Source: Bacteroidota bacterium (GTDB taxonomy: Bacteria; Bacteroidota; Bacteroidia; AKYH767-A; OLB10). From it: a DNA stretch of 64,000 nt. The notes under the pieces are model-generated. The model was not told the origin of the DNA. It saw only the letters and a list, made by a program, of their open reading frames with translations, and ran no database searches. Location: positions 519-64,518 of the forward strand of contig JAHEKC010000005.1 of assembly GCA_024638565.1 (NCBI GenBank), written 5' to 3'. Position numbers and translations under genes: made by a program. How positions within the stretch are numbered: position 1 is the stretch's first letter; every line of letters begins with the position of its first letter. Positions 9,652 through 20,347 of the stretch are shown here, piece after piece.

Positions 9652-11130
9652 TCAGTTTTCAAAATCCAGGTAAGGCTCGAGGCCGTGCAAGCCGCCTTCA
9701 CGGCCCATACCGCTTTCCTTGTATCCACCGAACGGTGATGCCGGGTCGAACTTGTTGTATGTATTGACCCATACGACACCGGACCGCAGTGCCGATGAAA
9801 CTTTGAAGTGCCGTGCGCCCTTGTCGGTCCAGACGCCGGCGGACAAACCGTATGGCGTGTTGTTGGCCATGGCGATGGCTTCATCCACGGTCCGGAAGGT
9901 CTGGATGGTCAGCACGGGCCCGAATATCTCCTCGTTGACGATCCGGCTCGACTGCGAAACGTTGCTGAACAGGGTGGGGGCAAACCAGTACCCTTTGGAC
10001 GGCAGTTTGCAGGCGGGCTGGTAACAGGTGCCGCCTTCCTTTTTACCGATGGTGACGTAGCGCCTGATCTTTTCCAGTTGTGCACGGGAGTTGATGGCGC
10101 CGATGTCTGTGTTCTTATCGAGCGGATCGCCCACCACCAGTGTTTCCATCCGGTCTTTGAGTTTGCGGATGACGGCGGCGGCGACAGGCTCCTGTACCAG
10201 GAGCCTGGAACCGGCACAGCATACGTGTCCCTGGTTGAAGAAGATGCCATTAACAATGCCTTCCACAGCCTGGTCGATCGCCGCATCTGCAAAGATGATG
10301 TTGGCTGCTTTTCCCCCCAGTTCGAGTGTATACCGCTTGCCGGTTCCGGCCAGCGCGCGCTGGATCTTCTTGCCCACCTCCGTGGATCCGGTAAACGCCA
10401 CCTTGTGGATGCCGGGGTGGTTTACCAGCGCGGCGCCGGCCGCGCCGCCGCCCGTCACGATGTTGACCACGCCGGGCGGAAGGCCGGCATCGCTGATGAT
10501 CTCCGCGAGCTTCAGTGCCGTCAGCGGAGTCGTTTCTGCCGGCTTGAGCACCACGGTATTGCCGCATGCCAGTGCCGGGGCCAGTTTCCATGCAGCCATC
10601 AGCAACGGGAAGTTCCACGGGATGATCTGGCCCGCCACTCCAAGGGGTTGCGGTTTCCTGCCGGGGAATGCCCAGGGAAGCTTGTCCGCCCATCCCGCAT
10701 GGTAGAAGAAATGTGCGGCGGCCAGCGGGATATCCAGGTCGCGCGATTCGCGGATGGGCTTGCCGCCGTCCATGCTTTCGATCACCGCCAGCTCCCGTGA
10801 CTGCTCCTGCATAAGCCGTGCAATCCGGAACAGGTACTTGCCACGCTCCCGGGCCGGCAGCGATGTCCAGCCAGGTGCGGCGCGACGGGCCGCCCTGACC
10901 GCACGGTCGATGTCTCTGGAAGTGGCCTGCGCCACGGAAGCGATCGGCTTTCCGCTGGACGGGTTGAGGGTCCTGAAGTACCTGCCACCGGCAGGCTCCG
11001 TAAAGCGGCCGCTGATAAAATGTCCGTACCTGCCCTGAAGGGTGACGTGATCTGCCGATTCGGGCGCCGGGGCGTAATCCCATCCCGATCTGAAATCAAG
11101 CTTGCGTTTTCCTTTTGCTTTCACCGGCAT
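9652..11130 (-). CDS. NAD(P)-dependent aldehyde dehydrogenase, full length
   Basis: 492 aa. Carries the motifs GQIIPWNFPLLMAAWKLAPALACGNTVVLKPAE, ELGGK, the catalytic FFNQGHVCCAGSRL, and EEIFGPV. Confidence 0.85.
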   Translation of the reverse strand: MPVKAKGKRKLDFRSGWDYAPAPESADHVTLQGRYGHFISGRFTEPAGGRYFRTLNPSSGKPIASVAQATSRDIDRAVRAARRAAPGWTSLPARERGKYLFRIARLMQEQSRELAVIESMDGGKPIRESRDLDIPLAAAHFFYHAGWADKLPWAFPGRKPQPLGVAGQIIPWNFPLLMAAWKLAPALACGNTVVLKPAETTPLTALKLAEIISDAGLPPGVVNIVTGGGAAGAALVNHPGIHKVAFTGSTEVGKKIQRALAGTGKRYTLELGGKAANIIFADAAIDQAVEGIVNGIFFNQGHVCCAGSRLLVQEPVAAAVIRKLKDRMETLVVGDPLDKNTDIGAINSRAQLEKIRRYVTIGKKEGGTCYQPACKLPSKGYWFAPTLFSNVSQSSRIVNEEIFGPVLTIQTFRTVDEAIAMANNTPYGLSAGVWTDKGARHFKVSSALRSGVVWVNTYNKFDPASPFGGYKESGMGREGGLHGLEPYLDFEN

Positions 11131-11168
11131 GTGTCGGAATCAAAAGTAATCAATCCCCAATGGCCTGT

Positions 11169-11891
11169 TCATGATCCGAACGCTTCCCTGAGGATGTGAT
11201 GCGACTTCATTTTCATCTGCTGGTGCAGCTGCAGTTCGCAATAGAGCACAAGTGCATCCAGCATCGCCACCCGGTCCCCGTGGGAAAGTTCCAGCCCGTC
11301 CAGGTCCGAGAAAGAGGTGTTTTGCAGCCGGTGAAATAAACGGGTTTGTGACGCATCCAGCTGGATGTCGTGCTCCGGGGCCGTATGCACATAGGTGCCA
11401 TGCGCCAGGCTGAAGCGACACCCCTCATGGAAGGAGTCGTCGTTCGGATAAATACCCAGGAAACGTGTCAGGCGGATGATAAACAGCAAATGGAACGACT
11501 CGAAGCCCGTCTCCTTTCCGTCCAGGATATGGAAGGCCTGTTCCAGGAAGCCGAACAGGTCCGGGTCGCTCTCACCTTCCTTCACCGTGATTGACAGCAG
11601 CTCCGCCATGAAGATGGCAATAGAGATCTTCTCTACACGGTACGGGATGGTGCGGTAGTGGTAACGCCAGGAAAGTTCCTTCAGTCGCCTTAACCCCCGC
11701 TGTCGATTATTGTAGTAAACCAGGTCAACAAGCGTCAGGGGTTGGAAAAGCGCTGCCTGGCCCGACTTCCCCCTGGCGCCTCCCATGATGAATGACTGCA
11801 GGCCGTCTTGCCGGGTATACACCCTTGCAATGACACTGCTTTCCGCATATGGCACGGTCCGCAGCATGATGCCTTCGCTCTTTTCGATCAT
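11169..11891 (-). CDS. recO: DNA repair protein RecO
   Basis: 240 aa. N-terminal OB-fold region (GIMLRTVPYAESSVIARVYT) and RecO-like length. Confidence 0.8.
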   Translation of the reverse strand: MIEKSEGIMLRTVPYAESSVIARVYTRQDGLQSFIMGGARGKSGQAALFQPLTLVDLVYYNNRQRGLRRLKELSWRYHYRTIPYRVEKISIAIFMAELLSITVKEGESDPDLFGFLEQAFHILDGKETGFESFHLLFIIRLTRFLGIYPNDDSFHEGCRFSLAHGTYVHTAPEHDIQLDASQTRLFHRLQNTSFSDLDGLELSHGDRVAMLDALVLYCELQLHQQMKMKSHHILREAFGS

Positions 11892-12136
11892 GGGGGTGTT
11901 AAGGTAGTGAGTATTTCAGGTTGTTTTTTTGTGAATTGGTTGAAAAGTTAGGGAATGGAACTCGAAAAAGCGATCGGTGACTGAGGATAGGAGATTCAAT
12001 GCAACCAGGATATTGCCAATCCCTGCTTGTCCTTAAGCGCCGGTCGTTTCCGGAATTACAATTGTGGCTGCTACAGGATTTCTGCTTTATGGCCACGGCC
12101 ACAATTATTACCCGCACAGCAGCATGCAAGCCCGCG

Positions 12137-14449
12137 CTAATTAATGAACAGCAATTTCGTAATACACGTATTCTCGCCGTCTGCATCGGAACAGAATACC
12201 AGGTATACGCCCGTATGCGCTTTTTCGCCGTTGAAGTTGCGCCCGTTCCAGAATCCCTGGCCACCCTGGGCCGTGGTTTCAAATACGAGTGTACCGCTGA
12301 CATCTGTGATCTTGATGTTCCCGTTGCGCATGACGCCGGTGATGGCGATTGGACCGCTATAGTCGGGACGGACCGGATTCGGAAAGACATAAGTGTTCTC
12401 GCAAAAATCCTTTCCCTCCGTGGCATAGCCGCGGAAGGAGATCATACCGTTTTCCGTCCCGAAAAACACCTCACCGGATTGCTGGTCGACCCCGATGGTG
12501 GAGATGTTGTTTGAAAGCAGCGGACTGTTGTCCTCGGTAAAGTGAAAGATCTGTTCGTTGTCATCGGCGGAAAGCAGGAATACTCCCGAATTTTCAGTGC
12601 CATACCATTTGTTGTTCGCACCATCCACGGCAATGGATGTTACGGTTTCGGATTCAAGCAGGTACTGGAACGTGCCGTCTTCCACCTGGATGAGGATCTG
12701 CTGCGCGTCCGGGCTCAGGTTTTCATCGAGCACACTGAATGGGGAGAAGAACACGGCCACACCTTTGGTGGTCCCGATCCAAACCTGCCCGTCCAGGTCT
12801 TCCACGATGGCGCGCACGTCGTTGGACGGAAGTCCGCCCTGCCCCGTTCCGGATTTCAGGAACCGGTATGGCTGGGTCCCGATGGTGCCCGTTTCATCGA
12901 ACACCAGGATACCTGATTCATTGAAGTCAACCCATTTCTGGTTAAAAGCATCGATCATCAGCTCGCCGGCGAAGGCGCCGCTTCCCACGGCACCGGGAAA
13001 GGAGAAGGCCTCCCAGCTTCCGTCCGTACGCCGGACGGAAAGTGGTTTCGCCACGGTAGAATTGACCACCCAGAGGTTAAGGTTGCTGTCGAAGCCTACG
13101 CCGCCGGTTTGGCAGCTTCCCGGATTCCCGATGGCAGTTTGCAGTGTGCTATTGGATTCATTGTAGTAATTCACAGGCTTCCCGTTCTCGAATTCCAGCA
13201 GCCCCGCACCGCGAGAGCCCAGTAAGACACGTGCGCTGTTTTGGGGATGGATGGCCACAGCCATGAAATCCCAAAGGGTATCCAGGTCCACGATATTGCT
13301 GGTGACATTGGTGCGGTCGTATGTGGTCCACCGCCCATCGAAGAAGGTGGAAAAGCCGTCCCGGGTGAACAGGTTGTCCCATTTCCGTCCCTGCACCGCA
13401 TGGCCCACCCACAGCTGCCCGTTCAGCACACGGATGTCCGACGAAAAGCCTGACCTTGGACCGTTGGGTGCAATGAGTGTGTATTGCATGGAGGAAACGG
13501 CCCTGACAAGGCCTTTCTGCCTGTCGGCGATCCAGATGATCCCCTGGTTGCCGGGAATCGCATCCTGCATATCAGAGAATTCGTTATTGCCGGCAACCTG
13601 CTGTTGTTCGGACATGGCGGAATTGAATTCCTTCACGCCAAATCCGCCGGTCAGGCAAAGCCGGCCGTTGGCAGACCGCAGGGACCGGATGTCATTAAAG
13701 ACCGCTGGTAAGGCGTTCCAGGTTCCATCATGGTACAGCAGGCTGTCGTCGTTGCTCGATTGTTCCAGGCTTCCCAGCACCAGCTTTCCATCGAACCAAT
13801 CAAGTTCCGCGTAGGTGAAGCCGGCTACAGGTGCCCGCAACTGGCTCCAGCTCCCGAAGAAATTTATGGACGGGTTGTTGATGGCACTTGTGTAGATTCC
13901 TGAATCCGTGGCAGCATAAATGACAGAGCCGTTGGTGGTGATGTCATGCACCGGGTTGTTGTCGCCGGTGGAGCTGAGAAAATAGGTGTCCTTGATCTCG
14001 TTTTTTGTCAGGTCAAGCAGCAATATGCCGATGTCTGTTGCCAGGTAGGCGAAGCCGGCATTGAAGAAGATATCATTGATGCGTTTCGATCCGATGATGT
14101 TCTTCCGTTTCAGGTCGGAGATGTTTAAGATGGTCGTCCCCCGAAGGATATCGATGTTGCCATTCTCGTATCCGGCGATAAGCGTGGAGCCGGAGGCATT
14201 ATGACGCAGGATGCTGATGTTGACATCCGACAGGCCCTCGACCTTGGATACCGTGCGGACACTCTGGTCCGCTTTATGATAGATGAAAATTCCGGCATCG
14301 GCGGCGCAAAATATCTCGTTTCCTGCTTCCGACACGTGATTGGCCCTGTTGAACGGAAGGTGTACACGCCAGTCGCCAATCGCCAGGTCCTGGGCGGTGG
14401 TGGTCAGCGGAAGCAGTGTAATAAAGGGGAGAATCCTGAGCAGGCGCAT
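12137..14449 (-). CDS. Secreted two-component-regulator-propeller (Reg_prop) repeat protein with a T9SS type-A C-terminal sorting domain
   Basis: 770 aa. Signal peptide. Repeated beta-propeller blades. The C-terminus ...KITDVSGTLVFETTA...GVYLVFCSDADGENTCITKLLFIN matches Por-type sorting domains. Confidence 0.7.
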   Translation of the reverse strand: MRLLRILPFITLLPLTTTAQDLAIGDWRVHLPFNRANHVSEAGNEIFCAADAGIFIYHKADQSVRTVSKVEGLSDVNISILRHNASGSTLIAGYENGNIDILRGTTILNISDLKRKNIIGSKRINDIFFNAGFAYLATDIGILLLDLTKNEIKDTYFLSSTGDNNPVHDITTNGSVIYAATDSGIYTSAINNPSINFFGSWSQLRAPVAGFTYAELDWFDGKLVLGSLEQSSNDDSLLYHDGTWNALPAVFNDIRSLRSANGRLCLTGGFGVKEFNSAMSEQQQVAGNNEFSDMQDAIPGNQGIIWIADRQKGLVRAVSSMQYTLIAPNGPRSGFSSDIRVLNGQLWVGHAVQGRKWDNLFTRDGFSTFFDGRWTTYDRTNVTSNIVDLDTLWDFMAVAIHPQNSARVLLGSRGAGLLEFENGKPVNYYNESNSTLQTAIGNPGSCQTGGVGFDSNLNLWVVNSTVAKPLSVRRTDGSWEAFSFPGAVGSGAFAGELMIDAFNQKWVDFNESGILVFDETGTIGTQPYRFLKSGTGQGGLPSNDVRAIVEDLDGQVWIGTTKGVAVFFSPFSVLDENLSPDAQQILIQVEDGTFQYLLESETVTSIAVDGANNKWYGTENSGVFLLSADDNEQIFHFTEDNSPLLSNNISTIGVDQQSGEVFFGTENGMISFRGYATEGKDFCENTYVFPNPVRPDYSGPIAITGVMRNGNIKITDVSGTLVFETTAQGGQGFWNGRNFNGEKAHTGVYLVFCSDADGENTCITKLLFIN

Positions 14450-14489
14450 GAAGGGTCGGTGCTAAGTAACGGTAAATATCAGATAAAAA

Positions 14490-16652
14490 TTATCCGGAAT
14501 GGCTGCGCCTGCCCGCAAGGGCAAGGACGGCCAGGCAAAGGAGAATGCTTGCAAAACTGATTATAAATGAAGCCTTTATAAACGGTGCCGTAAATGAATA
14601 CGTGATGCGGTGGCTGCCCTCGGGTACCTGGATGGTCATGAACAGGTAGTTGGTCTTCCATACCCGTGCTTCCGTACCGTCAATGAGCACCTGCCAGCCG
14701 GGGTGAAAATGCTGTTTCAGCGTTAGAAACACCTGACCCGTGGTTTTGGTTTCGAGGGTGATGTCTCCCGGCCTGAAAACTGCCACTTCAACCTGACCCC
14801 TGCCGCCGCCGGGGTCCGGTACGGACAGGCTGTCTTCGGCCATGAAGTACAGGTGCGATGAGTCCCGTGCTATATGGCCATGATCGTAAATGGTGTCGGA
14901 ATAAAAGGAATGGCTCGTGGACAGGTAGGCCAGCGGGGCGGATAGATATTTTTCCATCAGCAGTGGTTCCTCTATCAGCTGTCCGTACCCCGACATGCGA
15001 AAAGAGTTGAAGCCATCATGGCCCGGCTCGCGCCTCAGCAGGCTCAGGTTTCTCCAGAAGGGTGACGCCAGCGAACGGCTGTCACCCCATTCCGCGGACG
15101 GACGGTTTCCGGGATTGGGAAAGTTGTCTGGCAACCCGTCCATAATCCCGTCGATGTGTGCGGTCCGGTAACGGTCATATACAGTAAGCGGACCGTTAAG
15201 CTGCGCCGCTATCACGAGATCGAGCATGACAAATACCAGCAGGGGCCGGTATACCTGCTTGATTCTCCCCCGCAGGGCCAGCCACGCAAATGCCAGCACC
15301 ACGGTAACCAGGGCCTGGACCTGGATGGCCTGCAGGGGCGCCAGGTTGTTGACATAGGCAAACAGTCCGCCGGTGCCTTCCAGCCCGATACCCTGCGCGC
15401 GGGTATAAGCAATGGCGCATACCCCCGACAATCCGATCAAGCCGACAGCCAGGTCGAACCAACGCCGTGCCTGCCGGTTACCGTTCAGCAGACGGGACAG
15501 GAAGACTGAAGCCACCAGCAGGAAGGGGATCAGCGCGAAAAGGCGAAAAATGCTCGGGAACCGGAACAGGTCCATGAAGGGCACATATGCATACAGCCAT
15601 CCCCGCACAGGAGTGTAACCACCAAAGGATACCAGCAGGAAAAACAGTCCTGCCAGCAGCATGAACACTTGCCGACGGTCAGGCTTTGTAAGTATGGAGG
15701 AAATAAAAAGGGCCAGGCCAAAGATCCCGAAATAGAGGTTTGACATGGAGATATCCGTGTCGAAGTATGCGGGTTCGCGTGCTGACCACAGCGGGTACAG
15801 CCACGACCACATGCACCGGGGTGAAAACGGGTTGAACACCGCGTCTTCCAGTGGGATAGCGGTGCCCCGCATGACATATCCCAGGCTGGTGAGCACCGAA
15901 GTAATCACGAAGGCGCCCAGGAGGCATACGGCCAGGGCGGCAAACGCATGTCCGCGCAGATAGGCCGAAATGCCGTTGCGGGCGTGACGTCTCGACCAGA
16001 GGCCGGACAGGAACATGAATGCAAGGCAGTAGGCGACAATGATGGTGAATGCCGGGTATCCGCCGGAAAGCAGCATGAAAAAAGCTAGCGCGAACCTGAT
16101 GGCATGCGGCCAGCCGGGTCTGCGCCACAGCAGGAGGTACTGGTGAAATACGATCGGCACCCAGGCGCCGCTGATCACATAGGTGAGGTGCTGCGCATTG
16201 CCGGTAAAAAACCCCGATAGCATATAGGTGATGGCGATAATCAGCGCAGCCCTGGCGTCACCTGACAGGTGGCGCGCAAGCCGGAACATGCCAAGCCCAC
16301 CCAGGATCACGTGCAGGGTGAAGTCGAACTGGTTAAAATAAACCGTATATCCTCCTGCGAGGGCGTACAGCCAGTTTAGCGGATACCAGGCGCCGCTTTG
16401 CGGGTCGGCACTGAAATAATATCCCCAGTGCTGGTACGGATTCCAGAAGGGCCATGTCCATCCGCGCAGGCAGTCGGCTACAAAGCTGCGCCATGGCAGG
16501 TACTGATCGATCATATCGTACCTGAGACCGTACTGCATGAATGCCACCTGGGCGTATGCGGCTAGCGCGGCAATAAGAAGCACCCATAGGGCCCGGAAGG
16601 TCACTGGCTGGCGGAATGGCGGCACGGGTTTCAAATATAGCAACCGCGCCAA
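14490..16652 (-). CDS. YfhO-family polytopic membrane protein. The start codon is uncertain; the track ORF begins on TTG.
   Basis: 720 aa with many transmembrane helices. The N-terminal region FMQYGLRYDMIDQYLPWRSF...WNPYQHWGYYFSADPQSGAWYP is typical of YfhO. Confidence 0.7.
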   Translation of the reverse strand: MARLLYLKPVPPFRQPVTFRALWVLLIAALAAYAQVAFMQYGLRYDMIDQYLPWRSFVADCLRGWTWPFWNPYQHWGYYFSADPQSGAWYPLNWLYALAGGYTVYFNQFDFTLHVILGGLGMFRLARHLSGDARAALIIAITYMLSGFFTGNAQHLTYVISGAWVPIVFHQYLLLWRRPGWPHAIRFALAFFMLLSGGYPAFTIIVAYCLAFMFLSGLWSRRHARNGISAYLRGHAFAALAVCLLGAFVITSVLTSLGYVMRGTAIPLEDAVFNPFSPRCMWSWLYPLWSAREPAYFDTDISMSNLYFGIFGLALFISSILTKPDRRQVFMLLAGLFFLLVSFGGYTPVRGWLYAYVPFMDLFRFPSIFRLFALIPFLLVASVFLSRLLNGNRQARRWFDLAVGLIGLSGVCAIAYTRAQGIGLEGTGGLFAYVNNLAPLQAIQVQALVTVVLAFAWLALRGRIKQVYRPLLVFVMLDLVIAAQLNGPLTVYDRYRTAHIDGIMDGLPDNFPNPGNRPSAEWGDSRSLASPFWRNLSLLRREPGHDGFNSFRMSGYGQLIEEPLLMEKYLSAPLAYLSTSHSFYSDTIYDHGHIARDSSHLYFMAEDSLSVPDPGGGRGQVEVAVFRPGDITLETKTTGQVFLTLKQHFHPGWQVLIDGTEARVWKTNYLFMTIQVPEGSHRITYSFTAPFIKASFIISFASILLCLAVLALAGRRSHSG

Positions 16653-16692
16653 TGGATGCGCTTAGCCGCTAAAACCATATTTTTGCTTCCCT

Positions 16693-17661
16693 ATGAAGTC
16701 ATCGGGTGAAAAGATCCTTGTGCTTGGTGCCGGAGGGCAAATCGGTATTGAGCTGACCGGGCTTTTGCGGAACAGATACGGACATGATAACGTGCTTGCT
16801 TCCGATGTTAAAAAGGGAAATGCGCCCGAGGGTCCGTTCGAGCAACTGGACGTCCTGAATTTTAACAAGCTTTCCAGGATCATCAGGGAACATGGGATCA
16901 CACAGGTATACCTGCTGGCGGCATTGTTGTCGGCGACCGCCGAGCAGAAGCCAAAGCTCGGATGGAAGCTCAACATGGAAGGGCTGTTCAATGTGCTGGA
17001 CCTCGCTATCGAGAACAAGCTGAAGGTATTCTGGCCTAGTTCCATCGCGGTGTTTGGTCCCACAACCCCAAAGAAGATGACGCCCCAGCGTACCGTGATG
17101 GAGCCTTCCACGGTTTACGGCATCAGCAAGCAGGCGGGAGAGCGGTGGTGCGAATATTATCACCTCAAATACGGGGTCGATGTACGTAGTCTCCGGTACC
17201 CGGGATTGATAAGCTACAAGGCGCTTCCGGGGGGCGGTACCACGGACTATGCAGTGAATATATTTCATGCGGCCGTGGCATCAGGACATTATGAATGTTT
17301 CCTGGGTGAAGATTCCGTATTGCCCATGATGTATATGGAAGATGCCATCAGGGCCACACTCGAACTGATGGAGGCACCCCTGTCGAATGTGAAGATCAGG
17401 AACAGCTATAATGTCGCGGCCATGAGTTTCTCCCCGGTTGAGTTGGCCCGCGCCATCAGGAAGCATATTCCAGACTTTTCGCTGACCTGCAAGCCCGATT
17501 ACCGGCAGGAAATTGCCTCCGGCTGGCCCGAAAGCATTGACGATTCAGAGGCGCGCAACGACTGGGGATGGAAGCCCGGCTATACGCTCGAGGAAATGGC
17601 GGAGGATATGTTTGCGCACATCAAGCCGCAGAAAGGTAAAATGACCGCTCCCGCAAAATAA
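16693..17661 (+). CDS. tdh: L-threonine 3-dehydrogenase (NAD-dependent epimerase/SDR-like type)
   Basis: 322 aa. [11 protein letters not shown] Rossmann motif, YGISK (YxxxK) and a UDP-galactose-epimerase-like fold. The overall sequence matches the SDR-type TDH family. Confidence 0.8.
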   Translation: MKSSGEKILVLGAGGQIGIELTGLLRNRYGHDNVLASDVKKGNAPEGPFEQLDVLNFNKLSRIIREHGITQVYLLAALLSATAEQKPKLGWKLNMEGLFNVLDLAIENKLKVFWPSSIAVFGPTTPKKMTPQRTVMEPSTVYGISKQAGERWCEYYHLKYGVDVRSLRYPGLISYKALPGGGTTDYAVNIFHAAVASGHYECFLGEDSVLPMMYMEDAIRATLELMEAPLSNVKIRNSYNVAAMSFSPVELARAIRKHIPDFSLTCKPDYRQEIASGWPESIDDSEARNDWGWKPGYTLEEMAEDMFAHIKPQKGKMTAPAK

Positions 17662-19136
17662 TGGAACATCCGCTTTTTATTACCAATTCGCTTACCAGAA
17701 ACAAGGAACAGTTCGTTCCTGCAAACGCGCCTTTCGTGGGTATGTACGTTTGCGGCCCCACCGTTTACGGCCCGCCCCACCTGGGGCATGCCAGGCCATA
17801 TATCACTTTCGATGTGCTGTTCCGGTACCTGCACCACCTGGGCTACAAGACCCGCTATGTACGCAACATCACCGATGTAGGTCACCTGGTGGATGATTCG
17901 GACGACGGGGAGGACAAGATCGCAAAGAAGGCGCGTATCGAGAAACTCGAACCCATGGAAGTGGCCAAGATGTACACCGACAGCTTTCATGAGGCCATGC
18001 GGGTGCTGAATAACCTGCCCCCTTCGATAGAGCCCAGTGCTTCCGGACATATCATCGAGCAGATCGAGATGATCCGTAAGATCATGGACAAAGGCCTTGC
18101 GTACGAATCAGGCGGTTCGGTTTATTTCGACGTGATTAAGTATGGGGAAGACAATGACTATGGTAAGCTCAGCGGCCGCATACCGGATGAGCTGATTGCA
18201 GGTGCGGGTAATGAGCGCCGTGAACTGGAGGGCCAGGATGAAAAGCGTCATGCAGCCGATTTCGCCTTATGGAAAAAGGCAGATCCTGCCCATATCATGA
18301 AGTGGCCCTCGCCCTGGAGCATGGGATTCCCGGGATGGCATATCGAATGTTCGGCGATGAGCGTCAAGTACCTCGGGGATACCTTCGATATCCATGGCGG
18401 CGGTATGGACTTGCTTTTTCCGCACCATGAAAGCGAGATTGCCCAGTCCAAGGGCAGCTGCGGAAAAGCCCCGGTGCGTTACTGGATGCATAACAATATG
18501 ATCACGATTAATGGCCGGAAGATGGGCAAGAGCCTGGGCAACTTTATTAACCTGGAGGAATTTTTTACAGGGAAACATAAGTTGCTCACGAAAGCATATT
18601 CACCCATGACCGTCCGGTTCTATATGCTGCAGGCACATTACAGGAGTACCCTGGACTTTTCGAACGAAGCGCTGCAGTCAGCGGAAAAAGCATTTGCCAA
18701 GCTGGTCAACAGCTACCAGGAACTGGACAGGCTCAAACCGGGTGATGGAAAGGAAAGTGTGGCCGCGAAAATCAGTAGGGCGTGTTACGATGCAATGAAC
18801 GATGACCTCAACACGGCCATCGCGCTCTCACACCTTTTCGATGCGTCCCGGCATGTGAACGCCGCGGCGTCAGGTGAACGGCCGCTGGCGGCCGCTGATA
18901 TAGAAGGTTTCAGGAAGCTGTTTGACGAATTGCTTTTCGGAGTGCTGGGAATGCGGACTGACGAAAAGACGGGTGACGGTGATGTGGAAGGGCTGATGGA
19001 CCTGGTGCTGTCGATCAGGGCGGAAGCAAAGGCCCGGAAGGATTTTTCCGTTTCGGACAAGATCCGCGACGAACTCACCAGGCTCAATTTCGTGGTCAAG
19101 GACGGCAAGGACGGTGCCACCTGGTCAAAAGGATAG
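17661..19136 (+). CDS. cysS: Cysteine--tRNA ligase
   Basis: 491 aa. HIGH-like [14 protein letters not shown] and KMGKS motifs, and Zn-binding Cys residues. Its ATG overlaps the tdh stop (TAATG). Confidence 0.9.
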   Translation: MEHPLFITNSLTRNKEQFVPANAPFVGMYVCGPTVYGPPHLGHARPYITFDVLFRYLHHLGYKTRYVRNITDVGHLVDDSDDGEDKIAKKARIEKLEPMEVAKMYTDSFHEAMRVLNNLPPSIEPSASGHIIEQIEMIRKIMDKGLAYESGGSVYFDVIKYGEDNDYGKLSGRIPDELIAGAGNERRELEGQDEKRHAADFALWKKADPAHIMKWPSPWSMGFPGWHIECSAMSVKYLGDTFDIHGGGMDLLFPHHESEIAQSKGSCGKAPVRYWMHNNMITINGRKMGKSLGNFINLEEFFTGKHKLLTKAYSPMTVRFYMLQAHYRSTLDFSNEALQSAEKAFAKLVNSYQELDRLKPGDGKESVAAKISRACYDAMNDDLNTAIALSHLFDASRHVNAAASGERPLAAADIEGFRKLFDELLFGVLGMRTDEKTGDGDVEGLMDLVLSIRAEAKARKDFSVSDKIRDELTRLNFVVKDGKDGATWSKG

Positions 19137-19143
19137 CCGCGGC

Positions 19144-20145
19144 ATGACATTCTTCAGGATTTTAAAACGCCCCGGGTTTATCGCGGCGCTCTTGCTGGTT
19201 GCTGCATGTGGCGGAGAACGCGAATCTCCGCCGGTTTCCCCGCTGACGGCCCCGGCACACAAGGCCATACCGGCACCTTCCTTCAACGAGGATTCTGCGC
19301 TGGCGTATGTGGCTGCACAGGTGAACTTCGGTCCGCGCGTACCCGGCACACCCGCGCATGCGGCCTGTGCCAACTACCTGGCCCGGAAACTGGAGTCGTT
19401 CGGGCTTGAAGTCATCATGCAGAGGGGCGTGGTGACGACATACAACAATCGTAAGTTCGAGCTGTCGAACGTCATCGGCAGCTACCGCCCGGAACGCGGC
19501 AATCGCATCCTGCTTTGCAGCCACTGGGATACACGTCCGTTCGCCGATCGCGATTCCATTAACCCCGATCAGCCGTTTGACGGCGCCAATGACGGGGGCA
19601 GCAGTACGGCGGTGCTTTTGGAGGTGGCCCGCCAGCTATCGCTGGAACAGCCCGATTTGGGTATCGACATTATCCTTTTCGACCTGGAGGACTACGGTGA
19701 ATACATGAAGAACAATGACGAGAGCTGGGGGTTGGGTTCGCAGTACTGGTCCCGCAACCTGCACAAGCCCGGATATTTTGCACGCTACGGCATCCTGGTT
19801 GATATGGTGGGTGCGCCCGGTGCAGTGTTCCCCAGGGAAGGCTACTCGATGCAATATGCTTCGGAGGTGGTGGACAAGGTTTGGCGGATTGCCCGGAAGT
19901 CCGGTTATGGGAAGTACTTTATTGATGACAGGTTCCAGGGTATTGTCGACGACCATTATTTTGTGAATAAGATAGCCGGAATACCCTGTATCAATATCAT
20001 CCACTACGACCTTTCCAACCGGGATTTCATGTCCTGTCATCACCGGCATTGTGACAACATGGACCAGATCGATTCTTTCTCACTTAAAGTGGCAGGGCAG
20101 GTGCTTTTGGAGACGCTGTACCACGAGCTGAATGCGGCGCAGTAG
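19144..20145 (+). CDS. M28-family zinc peptidase / glutaminyl-peptide cyclotransferase-like lipoprotein
   Basis: Start taken at ATG 19144 (MTFFRIL...LLVAACGG lipobox); the track ORF begins at a GTG 30 nt upstream. Contains SHWDTRPFAD...DGANDGGS...LFDLEDYGE metal-ligand motifs. Confidence 0.65.
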   Translation: MTFFRILKRPGFIAALLLVAACGGERESPPVSPLTAPAHKAIPAPSFNEDSALAYVAAQVNFGPRVPGTPAHAACANYLARKLESFGLEVIMQRGVVTTYNNRKFELSNVIGSYRPERGNRILLCSHWDTRPFADRDSINPDQPFDGANDGGSSTAVLLEVARQLSLEQPDLGIDIILFDLEDYGEYMKNNDESWGLGSQYWSRNLHKPGYFARYGILVDMVGAPGAVFPREGYSMQYASEVVDKVWRIARKSGYGKYFIDDRFQGIVDDHYFVNKIAGIPCINIIHYDLSNRDFMSCHHRHCDNMDQIDSFSLKVAGQVLLETLYHELNAAQ

Positions 20146-20347
20146 GTACGGGGTTCAGCCCGCCCGGCGTCCGGCGTTGGGGCCTTGCGACTGCCCACGC
20201 CCGTTGTGTGCGGTGCACCACAGAGGGAAAAATAAGTTCGGTTCGCAGGTTAAGGTAAGCGGCAGCCCAATTCTTCAAAGATCAGCCATGATTCCATGTG
20301 ATGGGGACCACGATTGCCCTGACGGCATACGCATTATGAGGCACAAA

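Noticed and set aside
9639-9884. N-terminal extension of the short ALDH-like gene (track ORF 8754-9884) overlapping the 3' end of the full-length ALDH gene
   Set aside because: The extension is Pro/Ser/Thr/His-rich and overlaps a coding region in another frame. The ATG at 9638 begins exactly where ALDH homology starts.
9808-11083. Long ORFs (330 aa + strand at 9808-10800; 277 aa - strand at 10250-11083) overlapping the ALDH gene
   Set aside because: They lie antisense or out of frame to a gene with unambiguous ALDH motifs. Their translations are low-complexity (Arg/Gly/Pro/Ala-rich), as expected from open alternative frames in GC-rich DNA.
19114-19143. Upstream start for the M28 peptidase overlapping cysS, and upstream starts for pdxJ and serA
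   Set aside because: The track ORFs begin at GTG codons (GTG 19114, GTG 25973, GTG 28187). Downstream in-frame ATGs (19144, 25985, 28163) coincide with the signal-peptide or conserved N-termini and avoid gene overlaps.
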